A stretch of 63,994 bases of DNA, from assembly GCA_000388065.2 (NCBI GenBank), contig KB932209.1, one strand, 5' to 3'. The notes beneath the pieces were generated by a model that did no database searches, was not told where the DNA came from, and worked only from the letters and a program-made list of their open reading frames with translations. The DNA is from Fonticula alba ATCC 38817. Taxonomy: Eukaryota > Protista > Nucleariida. The position numbers and the translations under genes are program-made. This document shows positions 32,543-46,233 of the stretch, one piece after another (positions within the stretch are counted from its first letter, which is position 1; every line of letters begins with the position of its first letter).

Positions 32543-32993
32543 ATGCCCATTTCGATACCAGCCACCCTTTTCCAGAGGTGCGTCTCCCCCCTGTTAATGT
32601 GGCTTGCGCTCACTGCCTCTCTTTCCACCTGGCTTTACATATGCCCTCTTCGGTGTCTTGTCTTTCATCTTCGGACCCTCTCCTTCAGGGTGCTGTGTTT
32701 GTGTTCTCTCCCCTTCCCTCTCTCCCTCTCTCACACACACACACACACACATGTTTGCCCTGACTAGCGATCCGGCGATCATCGAGTTCATCGCTTTCCA
32801 CTTCTCCCAAAGGGCCCAGACCGGAAGCAGCGCATCCGGCATATCGGAATCGCCAGTGGTCGCTGTCTTGGACTCCTGCCGGATCCTCATCCGGCCTGGG
32901 TCTGAGCAGTTGGTCCACCAGGTGGTGCAGGATTTCATCAATTCCAACACCCACACCGACGAGGCGGACCTGCCACCGGGCGAGGACAAATAA
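32543..32993 (+). CDS. TFB5: TFIIH subunit Tfb5/TTDA, 86 aa, 2 exons
   Basis: Exons 32543-32577 and 32768-32993 give MPISIPATLFQSDPAIIEFI...VVAVLDSCRILIRPGSEQLVHQVVQDFINSN, which fits the Tfb5 pattern (xDPxi...lDdthxxv...v...l..N). Confidence 0.8.
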
Positions 32994-33334
32994 TTGAATA
33001 CCAACAAAAAGGGGGGCCTCATCACCCCGACAGACTTTCTCTCCTCCTCGTGCGCGCGCACCGGAGCAAGGTGCAATCCATGTTGCTGTCAGAGGAGGAG
33101 GGGGAGGGGGGGGGGGACACAAAATGATGTACAAAAGATTTTGTATATTTTTTGGTTCTTCGCCGGGGAGGGGGGGGGAGGGGGGCAGAGAAGGAGGAAT
33201 CGTGTGGGCCAACTTGTCCTCTTTGTGGGGGCACAAATGTACACACGGGCGCACACGCACGCACACACGTTTATGGGGGAGGGGGGGGGGGGGGAATGCG
33301 AGTGCGGATGTACGGGGGGGGGGGGGGGGCACAT

Positions 33335-34029
33335 TTAGAGGAGGAGCTTCTCGATCTCGATCTTGATGTTGTGAATCTGGTTCTTCAGCTCGGAGGAGTC
33401 GTTGGCGGTGACAGAGCAGGCGATGACCGGACGGGTGACACCGCAAGCACGGCCGAGGGCCTGCTTGGAGGCAACGAAGACGTAGGGGACGTTCTTGTCC
33501 TCGCACAGGAGGGGCAGGTGGAGGAGAATCTCCAGGGGCTCGGCGTCAGCGGCGAGGACGATGAACTCCGAGGTACCACGGTTCAGGGTCTTGGTGGCTG
33601 TGGTTCCCGGAGTCCCACAAGGACACAGGGGCACACAGGGGCGAAGAGGCGCGAGGCGCGGGTCAGACAGGGCGGCAGCAGGGGGAATGGCGCGTGCATG
33701 TGCGTGTGACGCATCGGGGGGGGGGGGGGGGGGGGGGGGGAGAGAAGGGGACCATGTGTGGACGTACACTCGTTGGCGCCCTTCTTGAGCTGCATGTAGT
33801 GGGTGGCCTGCTGGACGAGGTCCAGAATCTGGGCGGAGAGGTTGGCCTCAGCGAGGGGGAAGACCTTGGAGTTGGCGGCAGACTGGGCGGTGTGTTTTCG
33901 TCCCCGGGCGACAAAAGGGGAGACATGCGGTCAGAGGGGGCACGGTGGTGCTCTCCGCAGGGACAGAGGAGGGAGCAGCATGGGCGGGAGCAGAGGGGAG
34001 GCAGGAAAGGGAGGGACGAGGCGTACCAT
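33335..34029 (-). CDS. SNU13: Snu13/NHP2L1 (15.5K, L7Ae family), 126 aa, 3 exons
   Basis: Exons 34029-34027 (ATG only), 33882-33768 and 33597-33335. Product contains KVFPLAE...[16 protein letters not shown]...[43 protein letters not shown]. Confidence 0.97.
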
Positions 34030-35361
34030 GATGAAAACCGGGTGCGAAGGGAGGGCAAGGAGAGGGAGGGGGGAGGGGAGTGGCGAAGAGGGATAACCTC
34101 GTCAGCTTCACTTTGTGAGACAGAGATCACAATCTGTCAGACAAGGGGACCGGGCACCTGGCGGAGGTTCCACGGCTGCGAGGGCGCTCTTATACTTGTC
34201 CCCGGGCCGCCTGGGCCTGGTTGGGCCTCCGTCTTCCTGTCCCCGCCCGCCCCCCGCCCTCACCCCTGCACCGCCCGATTGTGTGGGTGGGGAGGGGGCG
34301 GGGGGGGGGGGGGGGGGCGGGCACCGTCTGCGGTCGTACATGCGCGAAGGTGCGGCCAATGCCGGTGGCTCCCCCCCCCCTCCCCGCATGGGCGTCCCCG
34401 CGCTCGGCTCGGCCTGGCGCGCGTGCGCCTCCTCCTGCACCGAACACGGCTGCCGCACATGGGAGACGACATAATGAAAAAAAAGCGACACGAGCCGATA
34501 TGACGGAAATCGGCCCTAGCCTTTTCCCGCAAATAACAGTGGATACCCGCNNNNNNNNNNNNNNNNNNNNNNNNNNNNNNNNNNNNNNNNNNNNNNNNNN
34601 NNNNNNNNNNNNNNNNNNNNNNNNNNNNNNNNNNNNNNNNTCCTGCACCGAACACGGCTGCCGCACATGGGAGACGACGTAATGACATTATGGCGTCACG
34701 TGCCGATATGGCGGGAATCGGCTCTAGCCTTTTCCCGCAAATAACAGTGGATACCCGCGCCTCCTGCCTCCGGAGGGTGCCTCTCGGCCTTGTCCTCTGG
34801 GCCGTTCTCATCCGCCAGCCTTTGTCCCCGGTGCTCGGTGGAAGGGGCCCGAGCCAGCCTCGGGCGGGACGCATTCGGAGCGGGCCGGGCGCGCAACGCG
34901 CGCGCTTTTCCCGCCCATCTTTTTTTACAAGCGTCTAACCCCCCCGGCCCCTTGTCGTCCCCCTCCCCCCCCAGCGGAGGAACACCGTCCGTCGATTGAG
35001 TCGGCCCCCCGCTCGCAGGTCTCTGGGGCTTTCTGGAGTCTGCTCCTTCAGAGAGAAGGAGAGAGAGAGAGAGAGGGAGAGCCAAGCACTGAGCGGGGGA
35101 GGGGGGGCCGCGTTCTTCGGCCCGCACCCCGTCCCAGGCCGGCACCCAGCCATCTAGCAACACTCTCCGTTCCGCCTGTTTTGCCTCCTTCTCGGTATTC
35201 ATCCTCCCCCATTCGCACTTTACCCGTTTCTCTGTCCTTCTCCTCCCTCCTCCCTCCTCCCTCCTCCCTCCTCCCGGCCTCTTACCTTGTCCTGCCTCCG
35301 TCCTGCCTTCCTCTGGCTTCCCCTGGGGATAAAGCTTCGGTCACACAGCGTTCACACGGAT

Positions 35362-36636
35362 ATGACGTCCCCCTCTCAAGAAGACCGGGGCCGCTCGCGG
35401 TCTCGCTCGCGGTCTCGCTCGCGGTCGCCCGACGACGTCGAGCGTGAGGGCCGCTGGGGCTCGCGTTCGCGCTCGCGCTCCGGATCACGGTCTATGTCGC
35501 GGTCGCGGTCTCGGTCGCGGTCCTTGTCGCGGTCGCGGTCTCGCTCCCGCTCCATTTCCCCATCTCGCCGTGATGTTCGCTCGCGGTCGCACTCTCGCTC
35601 CCTTTCGAGGTCGCGTTCCCGTTCCCGGTCGCGGTCCATGTCCCCGCGCCGGGGTCGGTCGCGGTCCCGCTCCTTCTCGCGGTCGCGGTCGCGGTCGCGT
35701 TCTCCGGGCATGCGCACCCGTGCGTCATCTCCTCCCCCTCCCTCGTTCCCGCTCGCCCGTTTTTATTTCATCGTTTCAATTGTGTAGCACCTTGCCTTGG
35801 GCCGCTTGTTTTTTCTTTTCCCCCAGTGTTGCCCATTCTGCTCCTGCTGCTTTCTTCTCCATTCTGACGTACTCCCGCTGGCCATGCTCCTTGTGCTTCA
35901 CTTGCTGCAGGGTCGCCGGGCCGCCGGTCTCGGTCCCGGTCTCGGTCTCGGTCCCGGTCCCGGTCCCGGTCTCGGTCCCGGTCGCCCGAGCCGGTCACCA
36001 ATTGCAAGCGTGTCATTGTCCATGGCATCTCGCGCAACGTCCTGCGCGCGCACCTGATGGAGATTTTCTCCGAGTATGGCACCGTCTCCTCGATTGATAT
36101 TCCTTCTGACAAGCGTGCGTGCTTCTGGCTTGCTACATGGCGCGGTCCCCTCGCCAAATACGGCTCCCTCCCCCCCCTCCCGGGTCTCGGGGCCCTTTTC
36201 GCCTGTGTCCTGCTTGTTTGTCCTTTCTCTGCTTTCGTGACTCACATGCAGCATGCGTGTGCCGCCCCCTCGCCCCCTTTTGCGCATGTAGCCGGCCTTC
36301 ACCGTGGCCTCGGCTACGTTGTCATGGAGACCCACGAGCAGGCCCTTGAGGCCATCTACCATATGAATGGCGCTCAGATCGATGGTATGGTCGTCACGGT
36401 ATCCCTGTCCCCGGTCATCGGCAGTACGTTTCCCTGAACACCTGGCCTTGCTTCTGCTTTGCCAATGCCTTCCAAGCTCACATCTCCGTTGCATCTCTCT
36501 CCCTCCCTCCCTCCCTCTCTCTCTCTCTCTCTCCCCCTCAGAGCGCGGTGGCGGTGGCAGCGGCGGTGGTAACGGCAACAATGGTGGTGGCAAGCGTGGC
36601 CGCCGGACTGGCTCCAGCCGGCGCAACCGTCGCTAA
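35362..36636 (+). CDS. RNPS1: RNPS1-like SR-rich RRM splicing/EJC factor, 4 exons
   Basis: Exons 35362-35719, 35911-36114, 36292-36423 and 36542-36636. RS dipeptide runs are followed by an RRM (VIVHGISRNVLRAHLMEIFSEYG...RGLGYVVM...AIYHMNGAQIDG) like RNPS1. Confidence 0.88.
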
Positions 36637-37012
36637 AAGCTCCTTCGCCCTGTGGTTTCATTCCTCGAATAAGTTCCCTGGCATGGGGGTACCCCTTCCT
36701 GGGTGGTTGTATCCCCAAGTTTCGCTCGCTTGCTCTCTCTTCCTGTCTCTCTCTCTCTCTCTCTCTGTCGCCTGTGTGTGGTGTGATTCATATGCCTCGC
36801 CTCTCTTGCCCCTTTTCATGTACTTCTATCTCCCTCTCAATGCGTGAAATTGCCACACACACACACACACATATACATTCGCACATACACACGTAGGGTT
36901 TTTATTTTTCTCGGTAAAAGGCAGCCCCATGAGTGCTTGTAGGGATTTTTCTCGGGCCCACGGCATGATCGGGGGGGGGGGGGGGGGGATGTTCTCGCCG
37001 GCGTTCGGCTCT

Positions 37013-38260
37013 TTAGCTCTGGATTGCGCGGACCAGCTCACACAAACGATCAATATGGGCGCAACGCGTCTTCGGGTGCTGGATGGTCCAGTTCTGGAGT
37101 TGGAACAGATACTCGGAGTTGTCGCCAGATGGGCCTTCATCGGAGGGGGGCAGGAGGAGGAGGGGGATTAGGGGCCGGGACAGGGACCGGGGCCAAGGCC
37201 GGGGCCGAGGCATTAATGTGCACGTGCAAAATATCGTGCGACCGAACATACCGACACTATGGGCGATCTGATTGGCGATCGACTCCTCCGAGTCTGGTCC
37301 CAAGTACTCGGGGTTGTCCTCAGTGGCCACGTAGATGATGGCCTATCACCGTGTGGATCGGTATTTGAAAGCACATACACACGGGCACATATTTGCATGT
37401 GCGAGAGAGGGAGGGGACAAGTCCGGAGATGAGGGGTTAGAGGCAACCAGCGCCAAAAAAAATGCCGTGAATAGGACAGGCAACGACAAAGTACCTTCTC
37501 GACCAGGGGACATGTATCACCCTCATTGGCGTAGACGGCCACAGTATGGGTCTCGTATCCGTTCTGGCGTTGGGACGGAGCAGCAGCGGCAGATGTGAGA
37601 GGCATGTGCGCAGTGGCTTGCGCCGATGTGCATGTACCGATGCCCGTGCTCCAAGAAGGTGCCGTGATTGAAGGGGGCGAGAAAAAAAAAGGCGCACCTT
37701 TTCCCGGTAGTCCAAATACTCCTTGATCTTGGGCCAGTCGCTGGCCGGGATGCGATAGGCCACACCCCAAACAAGCTGGATGGCAAGCCGGAAAGTGGAG
37801 GTCGGTGGGTGAGGGGAGAAATCCCGAGAAGAGGATGGGCCGGCGGCGGGCAGAGCTGGCACAGGTAGTGGACACGCACACTGGCTTCTTCCAGGGGGGC
37901 CGGAATCAGGGTAACCACGCGACCGGGCTTCTCCTCGGTGCCGCGGTGATCGGTGCTCCGCTAGCAGGGAAGGAGGGGGGGGGGAGGGGAGGGGAGAATG
38001 GCACAGGCAAGGAGTGAGACGATGGAGAGGGAGTACTTCTTCCTGTGGCTCGCCACCGGAGGCGTACCTGCCAGAACCGGCGCTGGAAGTGTCGGATGTG
38101 CCCGACATGGCTGACATAGCGTCAGGGGTTTTGGATGTTAGTCCTGGGCGAGCACAGGCCATATAAGCAATGGGAGGGATGCGGCGCACGAATCAGCAAA
38201 GTGGAAGCCGGTCTTCCAGACCAGGCTGCCATCTGGAGATCATGTCGCGTGAGTGGGTGA

Positions 38261-38296
<36 letters not shown>

Positions 38297-38435
38297 GTGT
38301 GTGTGTGTATATGTCAGCTAAATGTCAAGGGAGGAGGGAGGGGCAGAATGAGGCAGAAGAAGAGGTGATGAAAAAGCAGGACTGGGCGCGTGTACAGCCA
38401 AAGATCCAAATGTCATCAACAAGATCGCAGGTCAT
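37013..38435 (-). CDS. CHAC: ChaC glutathione-specific gamma-glutamylcyclotransferase, 188 aa, 8 exons
   Basis: Exons 38435-38396, 38232-38190, 38110-38068, 37960-37880, 37775-37698, 37563-37495, 37342-37252 and 37134-37013 are all in phase. Motifs [57 protein letters not shown] and GPSGDNSEYLF. Confidence 0.95.
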
Positions 38436-41141
38436 CTTCCAGGTTGACAAAGTGTTGCCGGGCGAGCAGACGCAAAGATGGGCGAGGAGACCGAAAGTAG
38501 GGGGCTGGAGTATGTCGGAGGGAGGGGGGAGGAGGGGAGCAGAGAGAGGGGAATGCCTTCGGGGGGGCGGGACCCTCGGGCACTCCGGGGCCGGTGGAGA
38601 AAAACACCTTCATCTTGTCACTGTTGCAGGAAGGAGGCGCGAGGGGGGAGATACTCCCCAAAGCAGGGGATCCCACCAGAGAGGCGGAGTCTACGCAGCA
38701 CATTCCTCTCCGCTGGCGGGAGGAGGGGTCCTGTGGAGTGGGGGAGGAGGGTCAACACGCCTGCATGCAAGGACCCCCCCCCCCCCCCCCCCGGAGACGG
38801 GGCAGCTCGGCAATCAGGCATCCGAGGGTGCAACGGGGGCGGCATCCGCGGAAGGGACGGCACAGCGAGGTCACCAGGCCAGGGAAGGGATCTGACCGGC
38901 AACACCATGCGCTGCCGACGTAGCCGATCGGCGGCAGTGGGCGGGGCGGCAAGTCATGAATGGGATCACATGGACGCGCGTCACACGCCCCTGCGAATCT
39001 CATGGTCAACCCTTGTCTACGGCGCTCTGGAATGGGCCTCCCCCCCGGGCGGGCCGGCGCTCCGCGAGCGAAGTACGCGGGGGAGAGAAGGGGGGGGGGG
39101 ATGAACGGGGTCTCCGCATCCGCCGTCTTGGCGCCCCAGCAGCTGGGAGGGGGGGGGGGGGGGGGGGGGCGGGGCTGAGCGCGCGTGCCGCTGCCCCTGC
39201 CTTGCCCCTCTTCTGTCAGCATGCCAGGAGCGTGTGGCGGGTTTGTGGCCCGTCGTGCCGGCTGCTCCTCGCGGCTTGGGCGTGGTTTCCTAAAAGGATA
39301 CTTTCGTTGGCAACTATCCGCCCCTCCGAGCGCGCCCTCAAGGGATGCTTATGCGCGTGCGCCTGCGTGCGTGTGTCTGTATGTATATGCAGGTAGTTGT
39401 GCGCGCGGTTGCGATGGCCGCTGCTCGCCACACCCGGGCCTATTGCGCAGCCGACCAGCGTGGCCGATCCTTCTCGTCTGCCGTCAGGTGAGGTGCCCCC
39501 ATTTTCTGTTCCACCACAGGGCAGCATCCCGCCCGCCCTTGGGGGCCTCGGGCCTGTGTCGTCCGGTGGAAGAGGTGCCTCGCCCATGACGCGTGGCGGA
39601 CTGGACCGCTCCCGGCGCGTGTGCCTGGGCTCTCTTCTCGGGCGGAGGGGCCGGCCGAGAATTGTCGCGCCGTCTCAGTGAGATGTCCCGAAAAATTCCT
39701 CCGCCCCGGAAGGGTCGATCCCCCCCCCCCCCCCCCCCTCCGCGCTCTGCCCGGCAGCCGCAGCTTGGACGGGGCGGCGGAGCACTCGCGATCTGCCCCA
39801 CACTCTTGTCGATGCGCCCCCTCCCCCCCTGGAGGTTTGCCCACGCGCGTGCGTGCGCAATATGCGCCTGCCCTCCCCGTGCCCCCGTCCCCTGTGGAGA
39901 AGGGGCACAAATGCACACATGCACACATGCCCGGCGCCGAGGGATCTGCCTGGGGATACCTCCTGAGTTCCAAGGTTTGTTATTGTCCCGCGTCCTGGGG
40001 GCCTCCTTGTTCTCCTGTGCTCTCGCGCGGTGGCCTTTCGTGGCGGCCGGGATTCAGCCCTCGATCCCGGTGGTTCTCTGGTCGCGCTCTCAGCGGCGTC
40101 CCGGCGTCCAGGAGGGTGTTTCAGTGGCCCTGTGGTGGTGGCGAGGGCACTCCTGTCCCCCCCCCCCCCACACCCCAAGCCCCCGCCCCGTGGGCAAGAA
40201 TGCTCAAAGAAAAGCGACGGTCGCTGAAGCTCCCAAGGAGTTTCCCCCACCCGACGACGCAGAGCCCCCCCCCCCCCGCCCCGGAACACCCACCCCGGTT
40301 GGGGACGGCTGAGGATAAAAATGGCTCTTCAGCCGCCCGGTCCGGGCAGAACTCGGTCAAGGCCGGGACTCCCCCCTGTCCCTCTGGGTGGGATCCACAG
40401 GCCGCGGATAAATGAATGCTCCCGGGGCTGGGCGAAAGAAGGGGCCGCGGGGCGGGGGGGGGGGGGGACTCTGGGCCCACCCCCTTGCTCGCCCGATTGG
40501 TGTCGTGCGCTCTTTGGCCGATTGGTCCCCCCCCGTCCCCTGGTCCTGGGAGGGGGCCGAGGGACAGGGGGGGGAACTGGGGGCGAAGGGCGAGAGCCGG
40601 GTCAGGCACACATAGTCATCGCCTCCTCCTCGCCTTCTCCATCCCCGGGAAAGGCCGGCCGGGCTGGCCCCACGCCCCTCCCTCCGCATCGCCGGGAGAA
40701 CGTCGGCACTCACAGCGTGAGCGCCGCGGCCTGCGCGCCATCTCTTCGGGGTGTCCTCTGGGAGCTCTCCCCTGGTCTCAGGGGGGCAGCATCCCCACTC
40801 TCGGCCTGCGATCCCTCGGGCGCCCTCCTCACCCTTCCTCCTCTCCCCTTTCCCCTCGCCCCGCCCCCAGCTGCTGCTCGCGCATCGTCCCTACCCATCT
40901 TCCTCTCCGGCCCGTCACGGCAGGATGTCCCGCTTGCCTTGCTGCCTGTGTTTGTAGATATCCTCCCCCCTCCTTCCCTGCTTTCGTTCCTCTCTTTCCT
41001 CCCTTTGCACCAGACGCCGGCCGCATTTGCGCCCTTCCCCTTCCTTTTCGCCGCCCTCTCCCTTCGGTTTCTTCGCCCCTCCTCGCCTCTGCTCGCATCG
41101 TCCTCGCCCGCTCCGCGCGACTGCGCAAGGGAAGGGACCAG

Positions 41142-41451
41142 ATGTCGGGCGATCCGCCCATGCACTTGCCGTTCAATGGGGAGCATGCTCCGTCGGCCAT
41201 GGGGGTTGATGCTCCGCCCGGACACCTGCCCCCGAGCATGATGGCCTTTGAGGCCGAGGGCCCGGGGCAGGGCCGGTCAGCCGATCCCGGCGACTTCGTC
41301 AACTTCTCCGGTCCATCCCACCCCCACGCTGGGACCTATCACCTGGCGCCCGGACATCGATACCACTTCCACCCAGGGTCATACCAGCGCCCGAATGGCG
41401 GCAGCTCCGGGGGTCCTGGCGGTGGTGGTGGCGGCGGCGGCGGCGGCGGCA

Positions 41452-41493
<42 letters not shown>

Positions 41494-43444
41494 CCAGCGG
41501 GCAAGACAATGGCACCAACCATCCACCCTCCTTCCAGGAGGGCTCTTTTCCCACGGGCGTTGACAGTCATCAGCACCATCCCCACGCAGGCAGTCACGGG
41601 CACTTGTATGGGCCTCTCGCACACATGCACACGCGCGCGCGCACACACACACACACATTGCTCATCCCATCGCATCTCGCACCCGTGTCTGACCCAAGGC
41701 GCATGCGCCATTAGTTTCACGTCCCCCATGCAGCACGATCAGTTCCCCGGGCATCCGGGCGATGGGCCGGCCATTTACGGCGATCCTGGAGCCTACTTCG
41801 ATCCGGGGGCCAATGCCTCCTCGTCGGACATGAACCTCGACGCGCACTTTGACCCGGGCGCCCCACCATCCCCGGGTCCCGGTGACAATGACCGGACGCC
41901 CCTCCCCCCGGGACCCGGCCCAGAGGCCACCCGGGGGAGGTCCTCCTCGACCGCGGCCTCCTCTTCTTCCTCCTTCTCGGGATCGATGGCACATCAGGCA
42001 CCGACGCCATCCCTGTCGCGACTGGTTCCCACCGGAGCCACCTCCTCGCTGGGCAGCTCGCCGCATGCCCTGCTGGCGGCGTCCAACATGGCGGCCGTGG
42101 CGCAGGGGGTCCCGCGCTTCCGGGTGACCAGCTCCCCCCGGCGCCTGGGCGGGCATGGGCGTTTGCTGACCGACCCGCCTGCACGGCCCTCGCCGCCCCC
42201 CACGCCGGGGCACCTGTCCAAGCCGGCGGTCAAGCCGGCCGCCCCGCCCAAGGCCTTCCCTGTGACCCCGGCCGCCATGCTGGTGGCCGACCGGAGCGAT
42301 TCCAATCGCCCGCCGCCGCTGCCCACGCCCCCGCAAATGGGCCAGGCGACCCTGGTCCCGGCGTCCTCGCGCGGGGCTGTTCACCACTTTGCCACGTCGA
42401 CCACTTCCCTGTCGCCCTCGTTCCTGGCCGAGTCGTCGCGATCCTTCGCCCGGTCGGCTTCCGGGTCCTTTGGCGGTGGCTTCCACCCCCACCCCCACCA
42501 CCCTCATGCCCACCACCACCACCACCACCACCACCACCACCTGCACTATCCCCATCAGGGGTATTCCGCGTCCGCCGGTGCAAGTGGCAACTTCCCCTCT
42601 TCGGTGTCGGGTGGCAGTCCGAACTTGGCCACCGGTCAGGGCCCGGGCCCCGGGTTTGGGAATGCCCCGAATGGGACCAATGTTTTGTCGGCCCCATCGA
42701 CCCCGTGCTTGGGCTTCCAGCCGGGCACAACTCCCTGCTCGGAATCGCCGGCGTCGGTGTCGGGCGCATCGCCAGTTGGGTCCCTGTCGCCATCGGACTT
42801 CCCGGCCGGCTATCAGCCCTCCCAGCGGGCGCGATCTTTCTCGCTGTCGGCCGCCTCCGCGCCCTATGGCGGTGGGCCCGGGGTCGGGCCCAGGCACCGG
42901 CCCCAAGCCCCGGCCGCCGAGTTTGGCGATCCGACCACCAGCTCCGACACCGCGCAGGCCAATTCCGCTCTCCGGGCGGATGCCAGCGGCGGTGCCGCCC
43001 CCCTGGCCGCCAGTGCCCGGCCGCAGCCCTCCGAAGCCAGCATCTTCTCGGCCACCTCGGCTGCGTACATGGCGGCCGCGGCCTCCTTCGCGTCGAATCC
43101 CCAATTCCAGCTGCTGCCCAAGTTGCGCCCCGCCCCGAGTCCGGCGGCAGCCTCATCGGCACCCTCCTCGGCCACCGGGGGCTTGGCCCCGGCGTCCGGG
43201 GCTTCGAGCTCCGCCACGGCCGGCGCCTCGCCCTCTCCGTCGGCCACTTCGGCGGCACCAGGCCGCGCCGGCGGGCCCAACACCGCCCGGAGCTCGCTGT
43301 CCGCCTCGTCATCCTTCCCCTCAAGGGCCGGTGCTGGCACCGGCTCTGACGCCCCTGATGCGGAATCCTCCCCGCCGGTATCCTCGTCGCCGGTATCGCA
43401 CATGCATACCCTGTCTGGCGAGTGTGCGTCTTCCCCCTGTGTGT

Positions 43445-43475
<31 letters not shown>

Positions 43476-46233
43476 CGCGCATGGGGGGCGTCCCGTGTTG
43501 CCTCTTTCTTCCCTCCCTTCCCGAGGCCTTGTCTTTGAGCTGCCCATGCTGACTGTTTGTCGCCCCCCTCGGCCCGACGGCTCCTCCTTTTCCCGGCCCC
43601 TTTCTCCTGCTCTCTTTTTTCCTCCCTTCTTCTGTCGTTCTCGGCTTTCTCCACTTGCCAGTTATCAAATTCGAGATGGGTGACCCTCGGCAGTACGTGT
43701 ATCCCCCCAGGGGCCTTTCCTCCCATCCTGCGGCGGTTTTCTGATCCTCCCTCCCTCCTCCGCCGGCCGGCCTCGCCGCGGCTCGCCGTTGTCCTGCCGG
43801 ACCCAGGGTGTCCATGGTCGACAAACGCGCAAACCAGAACTTCTTCGAGCGCGCTCGGCGGGACAACTTGAACGAGAAGTTTTCCGAGCTCTCGCGCCTG
43901 GTGCCAGAGCTCAACCAGATCCGCAAGCCCTCAAAAAGGTGTGTCGGTTCTTTTGTCTTGCCGTTGGTCCTTCCCTCCCCTCTGCGGGGATCCTTCTCAC
44001 CGGGTGTCGCTCCTGCGCCCTCGTCCGCTTTCCTCTTGTCCCGCCCATTTCTGACCGATGTGATTGGGGGGGAAACAATCCCACAGCGTCATTCTTCAAA
44101 AGTCCGTCGAGTACATCCGGTCGTTGCAGAACCGGTCGCGCGGGCAAAACCGAGAGCTGCACAACCTCCGGTCGGAGTTGACTCTGCTCAAGAGCACCGT
44201 CGGCACGGAGGAGCTCAAGGCCGAGGTGGTCCGCTTGCGCAAGCACTGCGAGTCCCTGGCCCAGGAGAACTTCGCTCTCCGACATGAGCTTGGCTCGATG
44301 GCCACCGGCGAGGCCTTCGATCCGGTACGGCTCCTGCTCGGCCTGTGGCTCATGCTCCAATGTGGGCTGGGTTTATTTTTATTTTTTCCTCCCCATCACT
44401 GACACCCATTTTCCTGCTTTCGCTTTGGGCGGCAGACCCTGGAGGCCGACGGGGGCCCCTCTCGTCCGGCGACCGGCGTGTCGTCTCCCTTCGAATCATC
44501 GGCCATGACGATGTCCCCCTCGGGGCAGGCATGCTCCCCGGCCCTCGACTCGCCCTTCATCCAGTCGATGAGATCCTGCTCGCCGATGCATGCGTCGTCC
44601 GCACACTCGCGGTCTTCCTCGCTGCCGGCCGTTCGGCGAACCCCCTCGCTGGATGAGCGCGGTGATCGGGTTTTCATGGCGGCTCCGGGGGAGCCGTGGC
44701 CCGGTGGGGCTTTCCCGGGCGAGCCTCCCGAGTACTCGGATTATCGGCGTCCAATGCACCCGGTGGATCAGGGGCCCTTTTCGCACTCGCCCTTCGGGCA
44801 ACGGCCCGCCCCTCCGGCCCAACCTAATGCGCCCTTCGCCCCGGAGCCCGGGCACCGACATGCCGAGGGCTCTGGCTTCCACCACTTGGCCCACTCGGGC
44901 GAATCGCGCTTCCCCTTGTCCCACCCCCATCATCAGTTTTCGTCGGCCACCCCCGCGGCCAATCGGGGGCCCTTCTACGACTCGGCCTTCACCGAGTCGG
45001 GGTCTTTCCATGAGCAGCAGGTAGGCCATCATCACCATCCATACCACCATGGTCCGCCGCCGCCGCCGCCGCCACCGCCGCCGCCACCACCACCGCCACC
45101 GCCGCCACCGCCGCCGCCGCCTTCCTCCGAGCCCAATGATCGCCATCTGCCTGCTCCGCAGAGTGGCGGCCCGGTGCTGCCATCGCATTCGCACCTGCAG
45201 CCGCACCCCCCAGGCACTGAGGGATCGGAGAGTGGCACTGCCGGGCTGACCTCGGCCGGGGTGTCGGACATCCTGCCGAAGGAGGACACCCAGCCGCCAT
45301 CCACGCAAAGTGCCCCATCGGCGGGGTTGCAAGATGTGCCGCCGCCCACACATGACCCGGCTGCCGACCCGGCCGGGGCGGTCCCCTTCTCCGGGTATTC
45401 GTTCTCCGGCCTGGGCGCCGCATCGGCGGAGGGCTATCCCCTTGCCTCGCCACACTGGGCTCCGCCGCATCCCCACTTGCAGCATTATCCCTTCCCGGAG
45501 GCCGTGTCCATGGGCGGGTCCCTTTCTTCGCTCGGGGGCAACCCGGCGCCGGGGGCCATTCCCTCCCCGAGCACGTCCACTGGCGGCCCGGCGCCGGAGG
45601 CCCTGGCCGCGGCATTGGTTTCTTCCTCACAATCGCGAAGCACGCAAGAACAGCTGTTCGGCGCGCGGACGCGCGCTGGTCGAGTGTCATCGACCGGCGA
45701 CTCGGCATCTCGCCCCCGCACGGGATGCTCTCCTCAGCCGCCACCCTTCAGCGAGCCGATGGAGAAGCGCCCGGCCCTCTTTTTGCCCTTTTCCGGTCCT
45801 GGTACGTGTCAAGCGCAGGAGCGCCGCCTCCTCTCGGGGGAGGAAATGGCTCTGGCGGCCTGCTTGGTGGCTTCCCTTTGCGCTGGCGCCCTCTCCGGCA
45901 ATCATGAAACTGACTGCTCCTCCTTGGGGGGTGTCCCTCTGGAAACATCGGCCTATCCCTTTGCCCACGTGTGTCGGGTTTTTTTTTCCCTCGGCCTCAG
46001 ACGGCCGCCCAGCTGCCGCGTCACGTCCCCCCGCCGGGATGGATACTGGAGCCTCGCCTGACATGGAAGCCGGCTTCACCTTCGCTGGTGATTCGGTCGT
46101 TGGACCGGTCGAGTCGGCAGCCGAGCTGTACATGATGCAGTCCCAGATTGACTTTAAGCTTCGCCGGCAGAGTTTCCAGGAGATGTCCACCCGGCATCTG
46201 TCCCCTGAGCCACCGACCCCCTCGGCAAGTTAG
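41142..46233 (+). CDS. bHLH-leucine zipper transcription factor embedded in long low-complexity regions, about 1379 aa, 6 exons
   Basis: Exons 41142-41605, 41715-43421, 43807-43938, 44087-44324, 44436-45801 and 46001-46233 are phase-consistent. bHLH DKRANQNFFERARRDNLNEKFSELSRLVPEL...KPSKSVILQKSVEYIRSL is followed by a heptad zipper. Confidence 0.88.

Noticed and set aside
34433-34758. About 120-bp imperfect direct repeat flanking the 34551-34640 gap
   Set aside because: The two copies abut an N-gap and differ mostly in one noisy stretch. Most likely overlapping contig ends not merged by the assembler; would need reads to rescue.
35376-35717. Arg-Asp/Arg-Glu dipeptide ORF on the minus strand
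   Set aside because: Antisense of the RS repeats of RNPS1.
38900-41100. ORFs of 100-430 aa upstream of the bHLH gene
   Set aside because: Low-complexity GC-driven frames without domains; more likely promoter or 5' UTR sequence with introns.
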